DNA from: an uncultured bacterium
GTDB lineage: Bacteria; Auribacterota; Erginobacteria; Erginobacterales; Erginobacteraceae
Direction: 5' to 3'
Length of the DNA: 64,000 nucleotides
Assembly (NCBI GenBank): GCA_963822585.1
Contig: CAWGIE010000026.1
Coordinates: forward strand, 288,001 to 352,000
Part shown: in pieces, positions 42,003 through 50,863 of the stretch
Position numbering within the stretch: position 1 is the first letter of the stretch
Layout: each line of letters opens with the position of its first letter
Translations under genes and position numbers: made by a program
The notes under the pieces: generated by a model
Databases searched by the model: none
Seen by the model: the letters and a program-made list of their open reading frames with translations, nothing else
What the model was told of the DNA's origin: nothing

Positions 42003-42794
42003 ATGGGAAAAAGTATCGGTCATCAAACACTGTTCTCCGGCAGTAATAATCCCCGAACAGACCTGGTTCTGATCGGCGTAGCGCGGGAAAAGGCAGACCT
42101 GGAACGGGCCGAGCGAGAACACTGGTACCGCATTCCCGTTCGCGTGATCTTCCGCCGACGGCCCCGCTATCTGGCGATCTATCCCGTTAAAAAGTGCGGT
42201 ATTCCGGGGGGAGCGATCACCTGGTTTGCCTCCGTCAGAAAGATTTCCCGTCAGCGGCGACGAGAATTGCTCCCCCGGCAGCAGGCCCATCCGAGAGCGC
42301 AAGACTGGTACTGGAAATTGTCCCTCGGCCCCCCCGTCACACTTCCCTATCCGATAAAAAACCGCCTCCGAAGAAGGATTACTTTCGCTTACACCACCCG
42401 GGATCGCTTGTTCCAGGCGCGGGAGATCGGGGAGCTGTTCGATGTCCCTCCACTGGAAGAGGAGATGGGGAAAACTCTCCGGACAGTCGGGATCAGGGCG
42501 CTCAGCCAGTTCTGTGTGATGGAGAAGAAGAAATGCCGTTACCGGCTTGACTTCGCCGTCTTTTGTCGGAGGGGAAAAATCGCCCTGGAGTGCGATCACA
42601 GCCGGTGGCATCGGAAATCGAACCGGATAAAGCAAGACCAGCAGCGGGACCGCTGGCTGAAAAAACGGGATTGGACGGTTATGCACTTCTCGGAAGATGA
42701 TATTCTCAATAGAAATACCCGGATGATCGAGATGATCAGAGATGCCATCCGGAAAGCGGGCGGACAAAAACCTCACTCGCCGGAAGAGGCATAA
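42003..42794 (+). CDS. PUA/EVE-like N-domain fused to a DUF559 (Vsr-like) endonuclease
   Basis: N-half VLIGV..DLERAEREHWYRIPV..YLAIY; C-half YRLDFAV..IALECD..WH..DQQRDRWL..WTVMHF; start uncertain (41943 or 42003). Confidence 0.75.
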   Translation: MGKSIGHQTLFSGSNNPRTDLVLIGVAREKADLERAEREHWYRIPVRVIFRRRPRYLAIYPVKKCGIPGGAITWFASVRKISRQRRRELLPRQQAHPRAQDWYWKLSLGPPVTLPYPIKNRLRRRITFAYTTRDRLFQAREIGELFDVPPLEEEMGKTLRTVGIRALSQFCVMEKKKCRYRLDFAVFCRRGKIALECDHSRWHRKSNRIKQDQQRDRWLKKRDWTVMHFSEDDILNRNTRMIEMIRDAIRKAGGQKPHSPEEA

Positions 42795-42822
42795 AATTGC
42801 CTCCTACCTCCCGGATATGGTA

Positions 42823-42884
42823 TATTCCGGTTTCAGTCCGCCTGGACAGGCGGACTGAAGCCGGAATAGTTTTGAATAATGCCG
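42823..42884. repeat. Hairpin family C, copy 2
   Basis: TATTCCGGTTTCAGTCCGCCTG-ga-CAGGCGGACTGAAGCCGGAATA followed by GTTTTGAATAATGCCG. Confidence 0.7.
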
Positions 42885-42953
42885 ACGACAATCCCGGCAA
42901 TAATGTGATACAGTATTGATTATATTATACTGTCATCTCAGGGAGCAGCCTCT

Positions 42954-43244
42954 ATGAAGAAAGCGATCTCCGCGCTCACAGCAGCAGGTATCGGCATACT
43001 GTCCGCTTTTACACTGGCGGCCCAGGACACGACCCCCCGGGGTCCCTCCCAGTGGTCGGCCCGGAATTGGCTGGGGTTCTGTATTCAGATCGGGGTCTTT
43101 CTCCTGGCCGTGATCGGCATTTACCGGCTGGCCAGGAGCGGGGAGGGGGAGGGGGAGGGGAAAGGGAGGGATGATAGTCAGAATGTCGAAAGTAATAATC
43201 CGAAATCAGAAAGTGCAAGGCATCCTTCGGTACCAATAAAATAA
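42954..43244 (+). CDS. Small hypothetical protein (signal peptide plus one transmembrane helix)
   Basis: MKKAISALTAA..TLA-AQD signal; hydrophobic segment; GGGAG SD. Confidence 0.6.
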   Translation: MKKAISALTAAGIGILSAFTLAAQDTTPRGPSQWSARNWLGFCIQIGVFLLAVIGIYRLARSGEGEGEGKGRDDSQNVESNNPKSESARHPSVPIK

Positions 43245-43270
43245 TACCACACTACAACAGCATTACAGAT

Positions 43271-43368
43271 CCACGAAGGACACGAAGCTCACGAAGAGCT
43301 TGTTAATCCGGAAGGGCCGGTTTTGTCCTGGCTAAGCCTTCTTCGTGTACTTCGTGTCCTTCGTGGTT
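43271..43368. repeat. Inverted nonamer-array element (CACGAAGNN)x3
   Basis: ccacgaaggacacgaagctcacgaaga ... tcttcgtgtacttcgtgtccttcgtgg. Confidence 0.9.
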
Positions 43369-43396
43369 CTAGCCCATAAAAGAAGGAAGATTCAAC

Positions 43397-44473
43397 ATGC
43401 TTCATGCAGTAATTATGGCGGGGGGAACCGGAGAGCGATTCTGGCCGTTGAGTCGCCGGTCGACACCAAAGCAGTTGTTGAACATCGCCGGCGGGGGAAC
43501 GATGATTAATCAGACCGTGGACCGCCTTAAGCCGCTGGTGGACGAATCCCGGATCTGGGTGGTAACCACCGTCGATCAGTCTCCGGCTCTCCGGAAGATT
43601 TTACCCGCGGTCGCCAAAGCGGGACATATCCTGATGGAACCCGTGGGCCGGAATACCGCTCCCTGCGTCGCGCTGGCCGCCTACGCGGTCGCCCGCGAAG
43701 ATCCCGGGGCGGTGATGGCGGTTCTCCCCGCGGACCACGTCATCAAGCCGAAACGTGAATTTCAGAGGACTCTTCGCGCCGCCGCCCGGACCGCCGAACG
43801 GATGGGATCGCTGATCACTATCGGCATCAAGCCCACCTTCCCCTCAACCGGATACGGATATATTCGCCGGGGGAGAAAGATGACGGAAGCTGGAGACTAT
43901 GCCTTCTATCGGGTTGATCGTTTCATCGAGAAACCGGACCGGAAACGCGCGCGGCAGTTCATTAAAAGCCCGCTCTTCACCTGGAACAGCGGGATCTTTA
44001 TCTGGTCTCTGGGTGCCATCGATGCGGCACTGGAAAAGTATCTGCCCCGCGTTGCCGGAGCGCTCCGCCCGCTGACCACCCTCTCGCCAAAGAAACGGCA
44101 ATCCTTTTTGAAGAGGGTTTATCCCGGATTGCCCGGAATCTCCATCGACTACGGGATCATGGAAAAACATCAAAACGTCCTGATGACCGCCGCCTCTTTC
44201 CAATGGGACGATGTCGGTTCCTGGGATGCGCTCGAGGAATACCTCCCCCTCACTCCGGATGGCAACCGCGTCCGGGGGGAGTTGGTCGGCCATGAAATCA
44301 ATGGCTGTATCAGTTTCAGTACCGGCCCCCTGGTCGGAATGATCGGAGTTTCCAATCTGATCGTAGTGGCCACCGGCGACGCAGTCCTGGTCTGCCCCCG
44401 GGAGAGGGCACAGGATGTTAAAAAACTGGTGCAAAAAATTCGAAAGAATAAGAAATATCAAGGGCTGATATAA
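43397..44473 (+). CDS. manC: Mannose-1-phosphate guanylyltransferase
   Basis: VIMAGGTGERFWPLSR, EPVGRNTAP, PADH, GYGYI, FIEKP, SIDYGIME, WDDVGSW. Confidence 0.93.
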   Translation: MLHAVIMAGGTGERFWPLSRRSTPKQLLNIAGGGTMINQTVDRLKPLVDESRIWVVTTVDQSPALRKILPAVAKAGHILMEPVGRNTAPCVALAAYAVAREDPGAVMAVLPADHVIKPKREFQRTLRAAARTAERMGSLITIGIKPTFPSTGYGYIRRGRKMTEAGDYAFYRVDRFIEKPDRKRARQFIKSPLFTWNSGIFIWSLGAIDAALEKYLPRVAGALRPLTTLSPKKRQSFLKRVYPGLPGISIDYGIMEKHQNVLMTAASFQWDDVGSWDALEEYLPLTPDGNRVRGELVGHEINGCISFSTGPLVGMIGVSNLIVVATGDAVLVCPRERAQDVKKLVQKIRKNKKYQGLI

Positions 44474-44649
44474 AAACAAATTCTAAATAACATGCACCTC
44501 AGCCAACGGCTGATCAGCCTCCGACTGAAAATCACAAATCATAAATTCCAAGGACCGAAACAACTTGTCGGTCACCCGGGAACAGGGTAGACACGACAGT
44601 TAATTATGTCAGTTCTCTCCCATTTTGGGGGAGTAAATTATGGTTCTTA

Positions 44650-44701
44650 TGGAGTGCAGCGACCATGTCGCTGCATGCATTGACACGGTCAATGCACTCC
44701 A
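44650..44701. repeat. REP-like branched palindrome (TGGAGTGC...GCACTCCA)
   Basis: TGGAGTGCAGCGAC-cat-GTCGCTGCATGCATTGAC-acg-GTCAATGCACTCCA. Confidence 0.7.
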
Positions 44702-44800
44702 AAATAGCTCCAGAATGTGATTAGCCGCACTTTTTGAGTACAATAAACGCCCACACAAAATGGAAGAAAACCATTATATCAAACGTCAGAGAACCGAGAA

Positions 44801-45235
44801 ATGCGTGATCAGGGCAGGATATTGGGGGTCGATCCCGGAGAAAAGAGGATCGGCCTGGCGGTCAGCGATCCCCTGGGAATTACCGCTCAGGGGCTTCCTA
44901 CCCTGAAGGTGACCTCGCCGGCCGATGCTCCGCGCCTGATCGCGGAAGTAGCCCGGCGGATCGACGCGACCGGGATTGTAATCGGCCTCCCCCTCAATAT
45001 GGACGGCACGGAAGGGGAACAGGCCCGCCGGGCATATCAACTGGGAGCCCGGCTGGAGGAGGAGACGCTTCTTCCCGTATCCTTCCGGGATGAACGCCTG
45101 ACATCAATTCAGGCCGAGCAGGTTTTGATCGCGGGCGATTTGAGAAGGGAGCGCAGAAAAAAAGAGATCGACCGGATCTCGGCTCAGATTATTCTCCAGT
45201 GTTATCTTGACGAAATCGGAGGCGGCCAGGCATGA
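44801..45235 (+). CDS. ruvX: YqgF/RuvX family nuclease
   Basis: ILGVDPGEKRIGLAVSD, VIGLPLNMDG, DERLTS, IDRISAQIILQCYLD. Confidence 0.93.
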   Translation: MRDQGRILGVDPGEKRIGLAVSDPLGITAQGLPTLKVTSPADAPRLIAEVARRIDATGIVIGLPLNMDGTEGEQARRAYQLGARLEEETLLPVSFRDERLTSIQAEQVLIAGDLRRERRKKEIDRISAQIILQCYLDEIGGGQA

Positions 45236-46299
45236 ATCGTGAAGAAAGAAAGCTGCGGAAAGGAATCAGGTCAGCTCTCAAATCAGGCAGCTGGATACTG
45301 AAACACCGAAAGAAGAAAATATTTCCGGACGCGCGGGAGAAACTCTCCGAGGCGATCGACCGTTTAAAAGAGGCGGCCAAGACAGGCGATCAGAAAGAGC
45401 AGAGGAACAGATTGAAGAAGCTGAACGCTCTTCTGGAAGGGGACCTTACCCCTTTCCGAAAAACCACCGTCCGGGAGTGGACGGAGTCCATCCTTTTTGC
45501 CCTCGTCATGGTCTTTATCATCCGGGGCTTCATCGTCCAACCCTTCAAGATCCCCACCGGCTCAATGTCGCCCACGCTGCTGGGAGTAAAAAAAGTCTGC
45601 CCGACCTGCGGCCAGGAATACCGCTACGACAGGAAGCAGTGCGACGACGGGACCCCTCTTGTTCTCGAACATATCGGGGATAAGATCCTGGTCAATAAAT
45701 TCATTTACGGAGCCAAGACGCCGGACCGGATACCCTTCACCTCCATCCTGCTTCCTTATCTGCAGCTCCCGGCGATCCGCCAGCCGCGGCGCGGGGATAT
45801 CGTGGTTTTTCATTTTCCGGATGACGTCAGCACCGACTATGTCAAGCGGCTGGTCGGGCTGCCGGGGGAGACGATAGAAATCCGGGACGGGAAAATTATT
45901 GCCGATGGGAAGGATGTCTCAACGCCGGAGATGAAAAAGGTATACTATACCAACGGACGTCCCTTTGAACAGAGACGGATCCTCTACGGACGGCCTGGAC
46001 AGCGCTTCGTCGTCCCGGCAAAGGGGATGGTCATCAACCTTGACCCCGGCACCCGGATGTACTGGGAAGACTTGATCAAACTCGATGGGCATGAAGTGGA
46101 AGTGGACAACGGGCGAATTCTTGTTGATGGAGTTCCCCGCCACAGCTATACTATCGAACAGAATTATTATTTCGTCATGGGAGATAATAGCTCCAACAGC
46201 AGGGACAGCCGTTACTGGGGGTTCGTCCCGGAAAAGTACATGGTCGGGGAAGTTTTTTTCAAATACTGGCCGCCCCGCCGCTGGGGATTCGCACGGTAA
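45232..46299 (+). CDS. lepB: Signal peptidase I
   Basis: PFKIPTGSM (catalytic Ser), DYVKRLVGLPG (catalytic Lys), MGDNSSNSRDSRYWG. Confidence 0.95.
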   Translation: MNREERKLRKGIRSALKSGSWILKHRKKKIFPDAREKLSEAIDRLKEAAKTGDQKEQRNRLKKLNALLEGDLTPFRKTTVREWTESILFALVMVFIIRGFIVQPFKIPTGSMSPTLLGVKKVCPTCGQEYRYDRKQCDDGTPLVLEHIGDKILVNKFIYGAKTPDRIPFTSILLPYLQLPAIRQPRRGDIVVFHFPDDVSTDYVKRLVGLPGETIEIRDGKIIADGKDVSTPEMKKVYYTNGRPFEQRRILYGRPGQRFVVPAKGMVINLDPGTRMYWEDLIKLDGHEVEVDNGRILVDGVPRHSYTIEQNYYFVMGDNSSNSRDSRYWGFVPEKYMVGEVFFKYWPPRRWGFAR

Positions 46300-46326
46300 T
46301 TCACGGCCGAGGAAACAGTTCAAGTA

Positions 46327-48402
46327 ATGGCTCCGGAATTGAAAAAAACAGAGCCGATTTATCGCATGACGCCCCTATCTGAAAGTCCGCCCCGGAAACC
46401 CTCCCTTCCTTTACCACACCAGGAAATCGACCGGAAGAGTCTTTTCGGGATGGGGGCCAAACTGACCATCCTGGTCCTGACCAGCCTTCTCTGCATCTCC
46501 ATTTTCACCACCATCGTCTCAATCCGGCACCTCCGGAACGCCCTCAGCGCCGGAGCGAAGGAGATGGGTCAAACCATGGGACGGGTCTTGGGGATCAGTG
46601 CCGCCTACCAGGGGTTCTTTGATATCGACAATCGTCTCCTCAAGCAGTACGTCACCTTCGCGACCGAGCAGAAGAATGTCGTTTATGCCGTTATCATGAA
46701 AAAACACGGGGAAGTCATACAGATGGGACTCTCCCCCGAGCAACTGGATCTTTTGAAAAAAGGTGAACTGCCCTTTGACCCGGAGACGGTCCACCAGGAA
46801 ATACAGGATATCACCATGGAGTCGCCGATCGGAAAGATCGGCACTATTTATCTGGGGATTTCCAAACAGAAAATAACCGCCGTCGAGAAAAAACTGGTCC
46901 GGGTCCAGGTGATCTCCGCCGGCGTGATTACCATTATCTTTCTCATTATCCTCTGGATCATCATTCATTCCATCACGCGTCCTCTCCGCCAGTTGACGGA
47001 GAAGACAAAAGAAATGGGGGAGGGGAAGCTGGACGAGCCCCTGAAAGTCAGCGGCCGTGATGAGGTAGGACGGCTGGCCAATAGCATCGAGATCATGCGG
47101 GAAAATCTCAACCGGAAGATCCAGACTATCGCTTTTATGGGGAGGATCGCGCATGACTTTAACGCGGTTCTCGACCTCAGCCAGACCATCGACGAATTCA
47201 AGAAGGAGCTGATCAACTTTCCTCTCTGGCCGTGGCAGGAACTGGGGGCCGCATTGATCGGGCGGGGCGGCCGGATGTACCCCAAGACCCAGTTCAATTA
47301 CTATCACATCATTCCTGCCACCGACCGGGAAGGCAATCGGCAATCCATCTTCTCCATGAAAGACACGATAGTGGCGGAGATAGCCTATCAGAAGAAGGTG
47401 ATTGTCAGAGAATTGCCCACCAGTTTCAGTTCTTCTCAGGACGGTTTCAGCCTTTATCTGAAAGATCGGGATATCTCCTCTTCGGTGGCGATCCCCCTGC
47501 TGGTAAAAAACAAAGTCCTGGGTATGCTTTATGCCGGCTTCCAGGATAGATCGGGGAGGCTACCGGAGATCCAGAAAATCTGTCAGAACATTGCCGACGA
47601 GTTGGCCCGGGCGATTGAGGGGATTTATCTCCTCTATGACCTTAGAATCAGCCTGGATGAATTGAAAAGCGCCCATCAACAGTTGAAGGGCCTCGACAAC
47701 CTGAAAAGCGAGTTTATTTCCAGCGTCAGCCATGAATTACGCACGCCCCTGGTTTCGATGACCGGTTACCTCCATATGATGCTGGATGAAAAACTGGGCG
47801 GCATTACCGAACTTCAGCGCGAAGGGCTTGAGGTCTCGGTAAAAAGCCTTCAGCGGCTGACCAATCTTATCCAAAAAATGCTTTTATTCTCTTCAGAGCA
47901 GAAGGAGCAGGAACTTGACATCTCCGACTTCAAGATAAAAGATCTGCTCGAACATTGTGCTACAACCCTTAAGACTGTTGCCGATAAGCAACAGGTGGAG
48001 ATCAGGACATCCGTCGATGATAACCTGCCGCTTGTCCGTGCCGATGAAGATAAGATTATTCAGGTACTGATCAACCTGACCGATAACGCGATCAAATTCA
48101 GCCCGAAGGGGGGCCGGATCGAATTAAAAGCGCATCCGGCATACGGTGTCGGTCAGAACAACATGATCGAGGTTTTAGTTCGGGACGAAGGCAAGGGGCT
48201 TTCCCCGAAAGACCAGGCAAAAATGTTTGAAAAATTCTGGCAGGGAAGCAAAGAAGACGGGGGCCGGCAGAAAGGCCTCGGGCTGGGCCTGGCTCTGGTT
48301 AAAAAGATACTCGAACAGCATGGATGTTCGATAACGGTTTCCAGCGAACTCGGGCGGGGGACGACCATGACATTCACGCTGCCAACCGTGCCGCCGGAGT
48401 GA
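46327..48402 (+). CDS. Sensor histidine kinase (TM-HAMP-GAF-like-HisKA-HATPase)
   Basis: TRPLRQL..DEVGRLA HAMP; SHELRTPL; NLTDNAIKF; DEGKG; GLGLGL. Confidence 0.92.
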   Translation: MAPELKKTEPIYRMTPLSESPPRKPSLPLPHQEIDRKSLFGMGAKLTILVLTSLLCISIFTTIVSIRHLRNALSAGAKEMGQTMGRVLGISAAYQGFFDIDNRLLKQYVTFATEQKNVVYAVIMKKHGEVIQMGLSPEQLDLLKKGELPFDPETVHQEIQDITMESPIGKIGTIYLGISKQKITAVEKKLVRVQVISAGVITIIFLIILWIIIHSITRPLRQLTEKTKEMGEGKLDEPLKVSGRDEVGRLANSIEIMRENLNRKIQTIAFMGRIAHDFNAVLDLSQTIDEFKKELINFPLWPWQELGAALIGRGGRMYPKTQFNYYHIIPATDREGNRQSIFSMKDTIVAEIAYQKKVIVRELPTSFSSSQDGFSLYLKDRDISSSVAIPLLVKNKVLGMLYAGFQDRSGRLPEIQKICQNIADELARAIEGIYLLYDLRISLDELKSAHQQLKGLDNLKSEFISSVSHELRTPLVSMTGYLHMMLDEKLGGITELQREGLEVSVKSLQRLTNLIQKMLLFSSEQKEQELDISDFKIKDLLEHCATTLKTVADKQQVEIRTSVDDNLPLVRADEDKIIQVLINLTDNAIKFSPKGGRIELKAHPAYGVGQNNMIEVLVRDEGKGLSPKDQAKMFEKFWQGSKEDGGRQKGLGLGLALVKKILEQHGCSITVSSELGRGTTMTFTLPTVPPE

Positions 48403-48406
48403 ACCA

Positions 48407-48619
48407 GTGAAAGAGAACTATTGCCGCACCGTCGCCGAGAGATTAATCTCTTTCTGGATGTTCCACCGCCGCTTTGACGCCAATATCGCCAGCCTGGCCC
48501 GCTTCTCAGGAGTTTCCCGGGACACGGTATATCGCTGGCTGAACAGGAAATCTCTCCCCAAGACTTCAAAAGCAGAGCTCATTGACGAATGGCTCAATAC
48601 CCGGAGCCATCCTCAATAA
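48407..48619 (+). CDS. Small helix-turn-helix protein
   Basis: IASLARFSGVSRDTVYRWLN HTH signature; 4 bp after the kinase stop. Confidence 0.7.
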   Translation: MKENYCRTVAERLISFWMFHRRFDANIASLARFSGVSRDTVYRWLNRKSLPKTSKAELIDEWLNTRSHPQ

Positions 48620-48698
48620 CAACTCTCGCCGCGAGAAGGAAAACCCGGGCCGACATTCAGAGACGGCTCGGTTTTTCTTGAATTTAATATCTGACACT

Positions 48699-48726
48699 GG
48701 TAGTGATAAGGTTCCTTATGTAAAGT
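48699..48726 (+). other. dif-like XerC/XerD recombination site
   Basis: GGTAGTGATAA-GGTTCC-TTATGTAAAGT (11-6-11 layout; compare E. coli GGTGCGCATAA-TGTATA-TTATGTTAAAT); located at the gene-strand switch. Confidence 0.6.
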
Positions 48727-49166
48727 AATGTACTGCCGGGAAAATAAGCGCTACTCGCCATAATAAGCTGTTCTATAAACGATTACGACTTATTTAACCG
48801 CGGATGTTGGTAACTTGTGGATAACATGTGGGAATCTCACGCCCGCTCCTTCCCCTTTGATGGGAATAATTATTCAGCCAGAATCCTGCCGATCAACACT
48901 CCGGGGGTCGAGAACGGCCATCACCAGCCGGCATGAGACGGTTCTCGCTTCAATGCCTCAATTACGGCTTCTTCCGAACAGGTACGCGGCGGGAGCGGAA
49001 GCTGGTGCAGCAGCAGCCCGGCCATGGCGGGAACAGCTTGGAGATCCGGATGTTCTTCCGGATGGATGGTAGGCCCGGGGATGCTTCACGCTGATCTCAG
49101 ACTAACCGCTTTTTCGCCTCCAGCACAATCCCCGGGTATTTGCGAAAAAGCTGCTGAGGGACGGAG

Positions 49167-49610
49167 CTAAAAACCCTCCGAGAGAGCAATGATCAAGTTG
49201 GGTTTTCCGGGAGCGCCGATCATAACCGTCCCTTCCCTGACCAGGGACAACTCGGTATCAAGAATCAGTCGATCATTCGACCATAGCTTAAGGGAGAATT
49301 GGACCGTCCTGTCATCAAGCTTATTAGGAATAATTACTAATTTCAGATCCTGCCGGAGATGAAAGGAAATCGTTTCCTTTTTCCCAAGCGGAATCGTACG
49401 AAAGGCCGTGGCCAACTCCATGTAATTCTGGTATTTGAGGGGAGATCTCCGCATTGTTTTTTCCAGATACTGGAGGCCCGGGGCAATTTTCCCGGGTTCA
49501 TCAGTCGGCTGGAGAACGTCGATCGTTAATTCAAGAACCTCGTCACCGGCCCGGGCGGGTCCGGCGGCCAGAAAAGGCATCAGCATCATTACACAGATCA
49601 ATCCCTTCAT
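49167..49610 (-). CDS. Hypothetical exported protein downstream of the anti-sigma gene
   Basis: Signal peptide ending ARA; operonic spacing. Confidence 0.7.
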   Translation of the reverse strand: MKGLICVMMLMPFLAAGPARAGDEVLELTIDVLQPTDEPGKIAPGLQYLEKTMRRSPLKYQNYMELATAFRTIPLGKKETISFHLRQDLKLVIIPNKLDDRTVQFSLKLWSNDRLILDTELSLVREGTVMIGAPGKPNLIIALSEGF

Positions 49611-49617
49611 CAGTTCA

Positions 49618-50100
49618 TCACTCCATCAACCAGATAATTGTCAGCCCATCGCTCTCGCCCCGGTATATCATGAGATTATTTTCGGGAGCGGAAATTGATT
49701 CTATACGACAGTAATTTTCCGGCAGCCGGCTTTTGGAGAGTACCCCCGAAAAAACCAGCGTCAATACGGCGGCGGCGGTACTGAGTCCCAGTCCGATCCA
49801 GGCCGGCCGCAACAGGAGGCTGAGCAACTTCCCGCCGGAATGCCTTTTACTCACCGCAGTTTCTTTCGCCAGACTAAGCCGGATTGCCGGCCAGAGGGAG
49901 ACACTCCCTCCCCGGGCCGCCTCCTCCCGGGCCAGTTCCGAAAAAACCCCGCTCAGCAATCTGTTTTCCGCCAAGCGGCGGGCGCAGCTTTCACAGTGCC
50001 GCAGATGCGCCTCCAACTCCCGGGCTGATTGCGGAGACAGCTGACCATCATAATATGCTCCCAGCCGGTCCCGGATGTTCTGGCAGTTTTCTTTTTTCAT
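49618..50100 (-). CDS. Zinc-finger (zf-HC2) anti-sigma factor
   Basis: CQNIRDRLGAYYDGQL..HLRHCESC (HxxxCxxC) plus one transmembrane helix. Confidence 0.9.
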   Translation of the reverse strand: MKKENCQNIRDRLGAYYDGQLSPQSARELEAHLRHCESCARRLAENRLLSGVFSELAREEAARGGSVSLWPAIRLSLAKETAVSKRHSGGKLLSLLLRPAWIGLGLSTAAAVLTLVFSGVLSKSRLPENYCRIESISAPENNLMIYRGESDGLTIIWLME

Positions 50101-50169
50101 TATATCGTACACTAAAAATGTTTGAATCTGTTTAAAACTTAGCCCTCGCGCCACTCAGGCAACTTATTT

Positions 50170-50239
50170 AACCGCGGATTGTGCGGATTATGCTGATTAA
50201 AGAAAAAAACAATCCGCTTAATCTGTTTAATCCGCGGTT
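50170..50239. repeat. Inverted nonamer-array element
   Basis: aaccgcggat tgtgcggat tatgctgatt ... aatccgctt aatctgttt aatccgcggtt. Confidence 0.85.
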
Positions 50240-50278
50240 TATTGAAATTCCGAAGCAGTACATTAGCTCGCTCGCAGA

Positions 50279-50860
50279 TCAATATGCTCCCGAAAGATAC
50301 GGTTTTAACTGTTCCCTCAGCTTCTCCCGGGCATAATGAAGACGGGACATGACCGTTCCCCGGGAGCACTTCATGATCCTGCTGATCTCCTCATATGAAC
50401 ATCCTTCCCATTCCCGAAGCAGGATGACCGTTCTCTGGGGAACAGAGAGTGTGTCCAGTCCGCTCAGAATCATCTCATAGAGCTCCCGGCGCATCATCTC
50501 CCGGTCCGGACGGCATGAAGAGCGATCCGTCGGAAACTCCGCAGATTCCGACTTCACGGCATCGTCATACTCCACCATTTCCCTCCCGGACTTTTTCCTT
50601 TTCGCATCCAGTGCCAGGTTGAAAGCAATCCGGTAAAGCCAGGTGTAGAGGCGTGACTTCCCCCGGAAAGTTTTCAACGAACGATACGCCTTCAGGAAGG
50701 CTTCCTGGGCCAGATCCCGGGCCTGCTCCCTGTCCAGGACAATCCCGTAAATGAGGAGGGTGAGTCGCTCCTGGTATTTTTCGACCAACCCCTGAAATTC
50801 ATCGATGTCACCCTTCAGGCAGCGCCGGACCAGCTCGAAGTCTTCATCAGGCACAGTCAT
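50279..50860 (-). CDS. ECF RNA polymerase sigma factor
   Basis: DLAQEAFLKAY, TWLYRIA, SYEEISRIMKCSRGTVMSRLHYAR. Confidence 0.95.
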   Translation of the reverse strand: MTVPDEDFELVRRCLKGDIDEFQGLVEKYQERLTLLIYGIVLDREQARDLAQEAFLKAYRSLKTFRGKSRLYTWLYRIAFNLALDAKRKKSGREMVEYDDAVKSESAEFPTDRSSCRPDREMMRRELYEMILSGLDTLSVPQRTVILLREWEGCSYEEISRIMKCSRGTVMSRLHYAREKLREQLKPYLSGAY

Positions 50861-50863
50861 TCT

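Noticed and set aside
48816..48824. oriC suggested by a perfect DnaA box (TGTGGATAA)
   Set aside because: It is a single perfect box, there is no dnaA/dnaN, and genes converge rather than diverge here.
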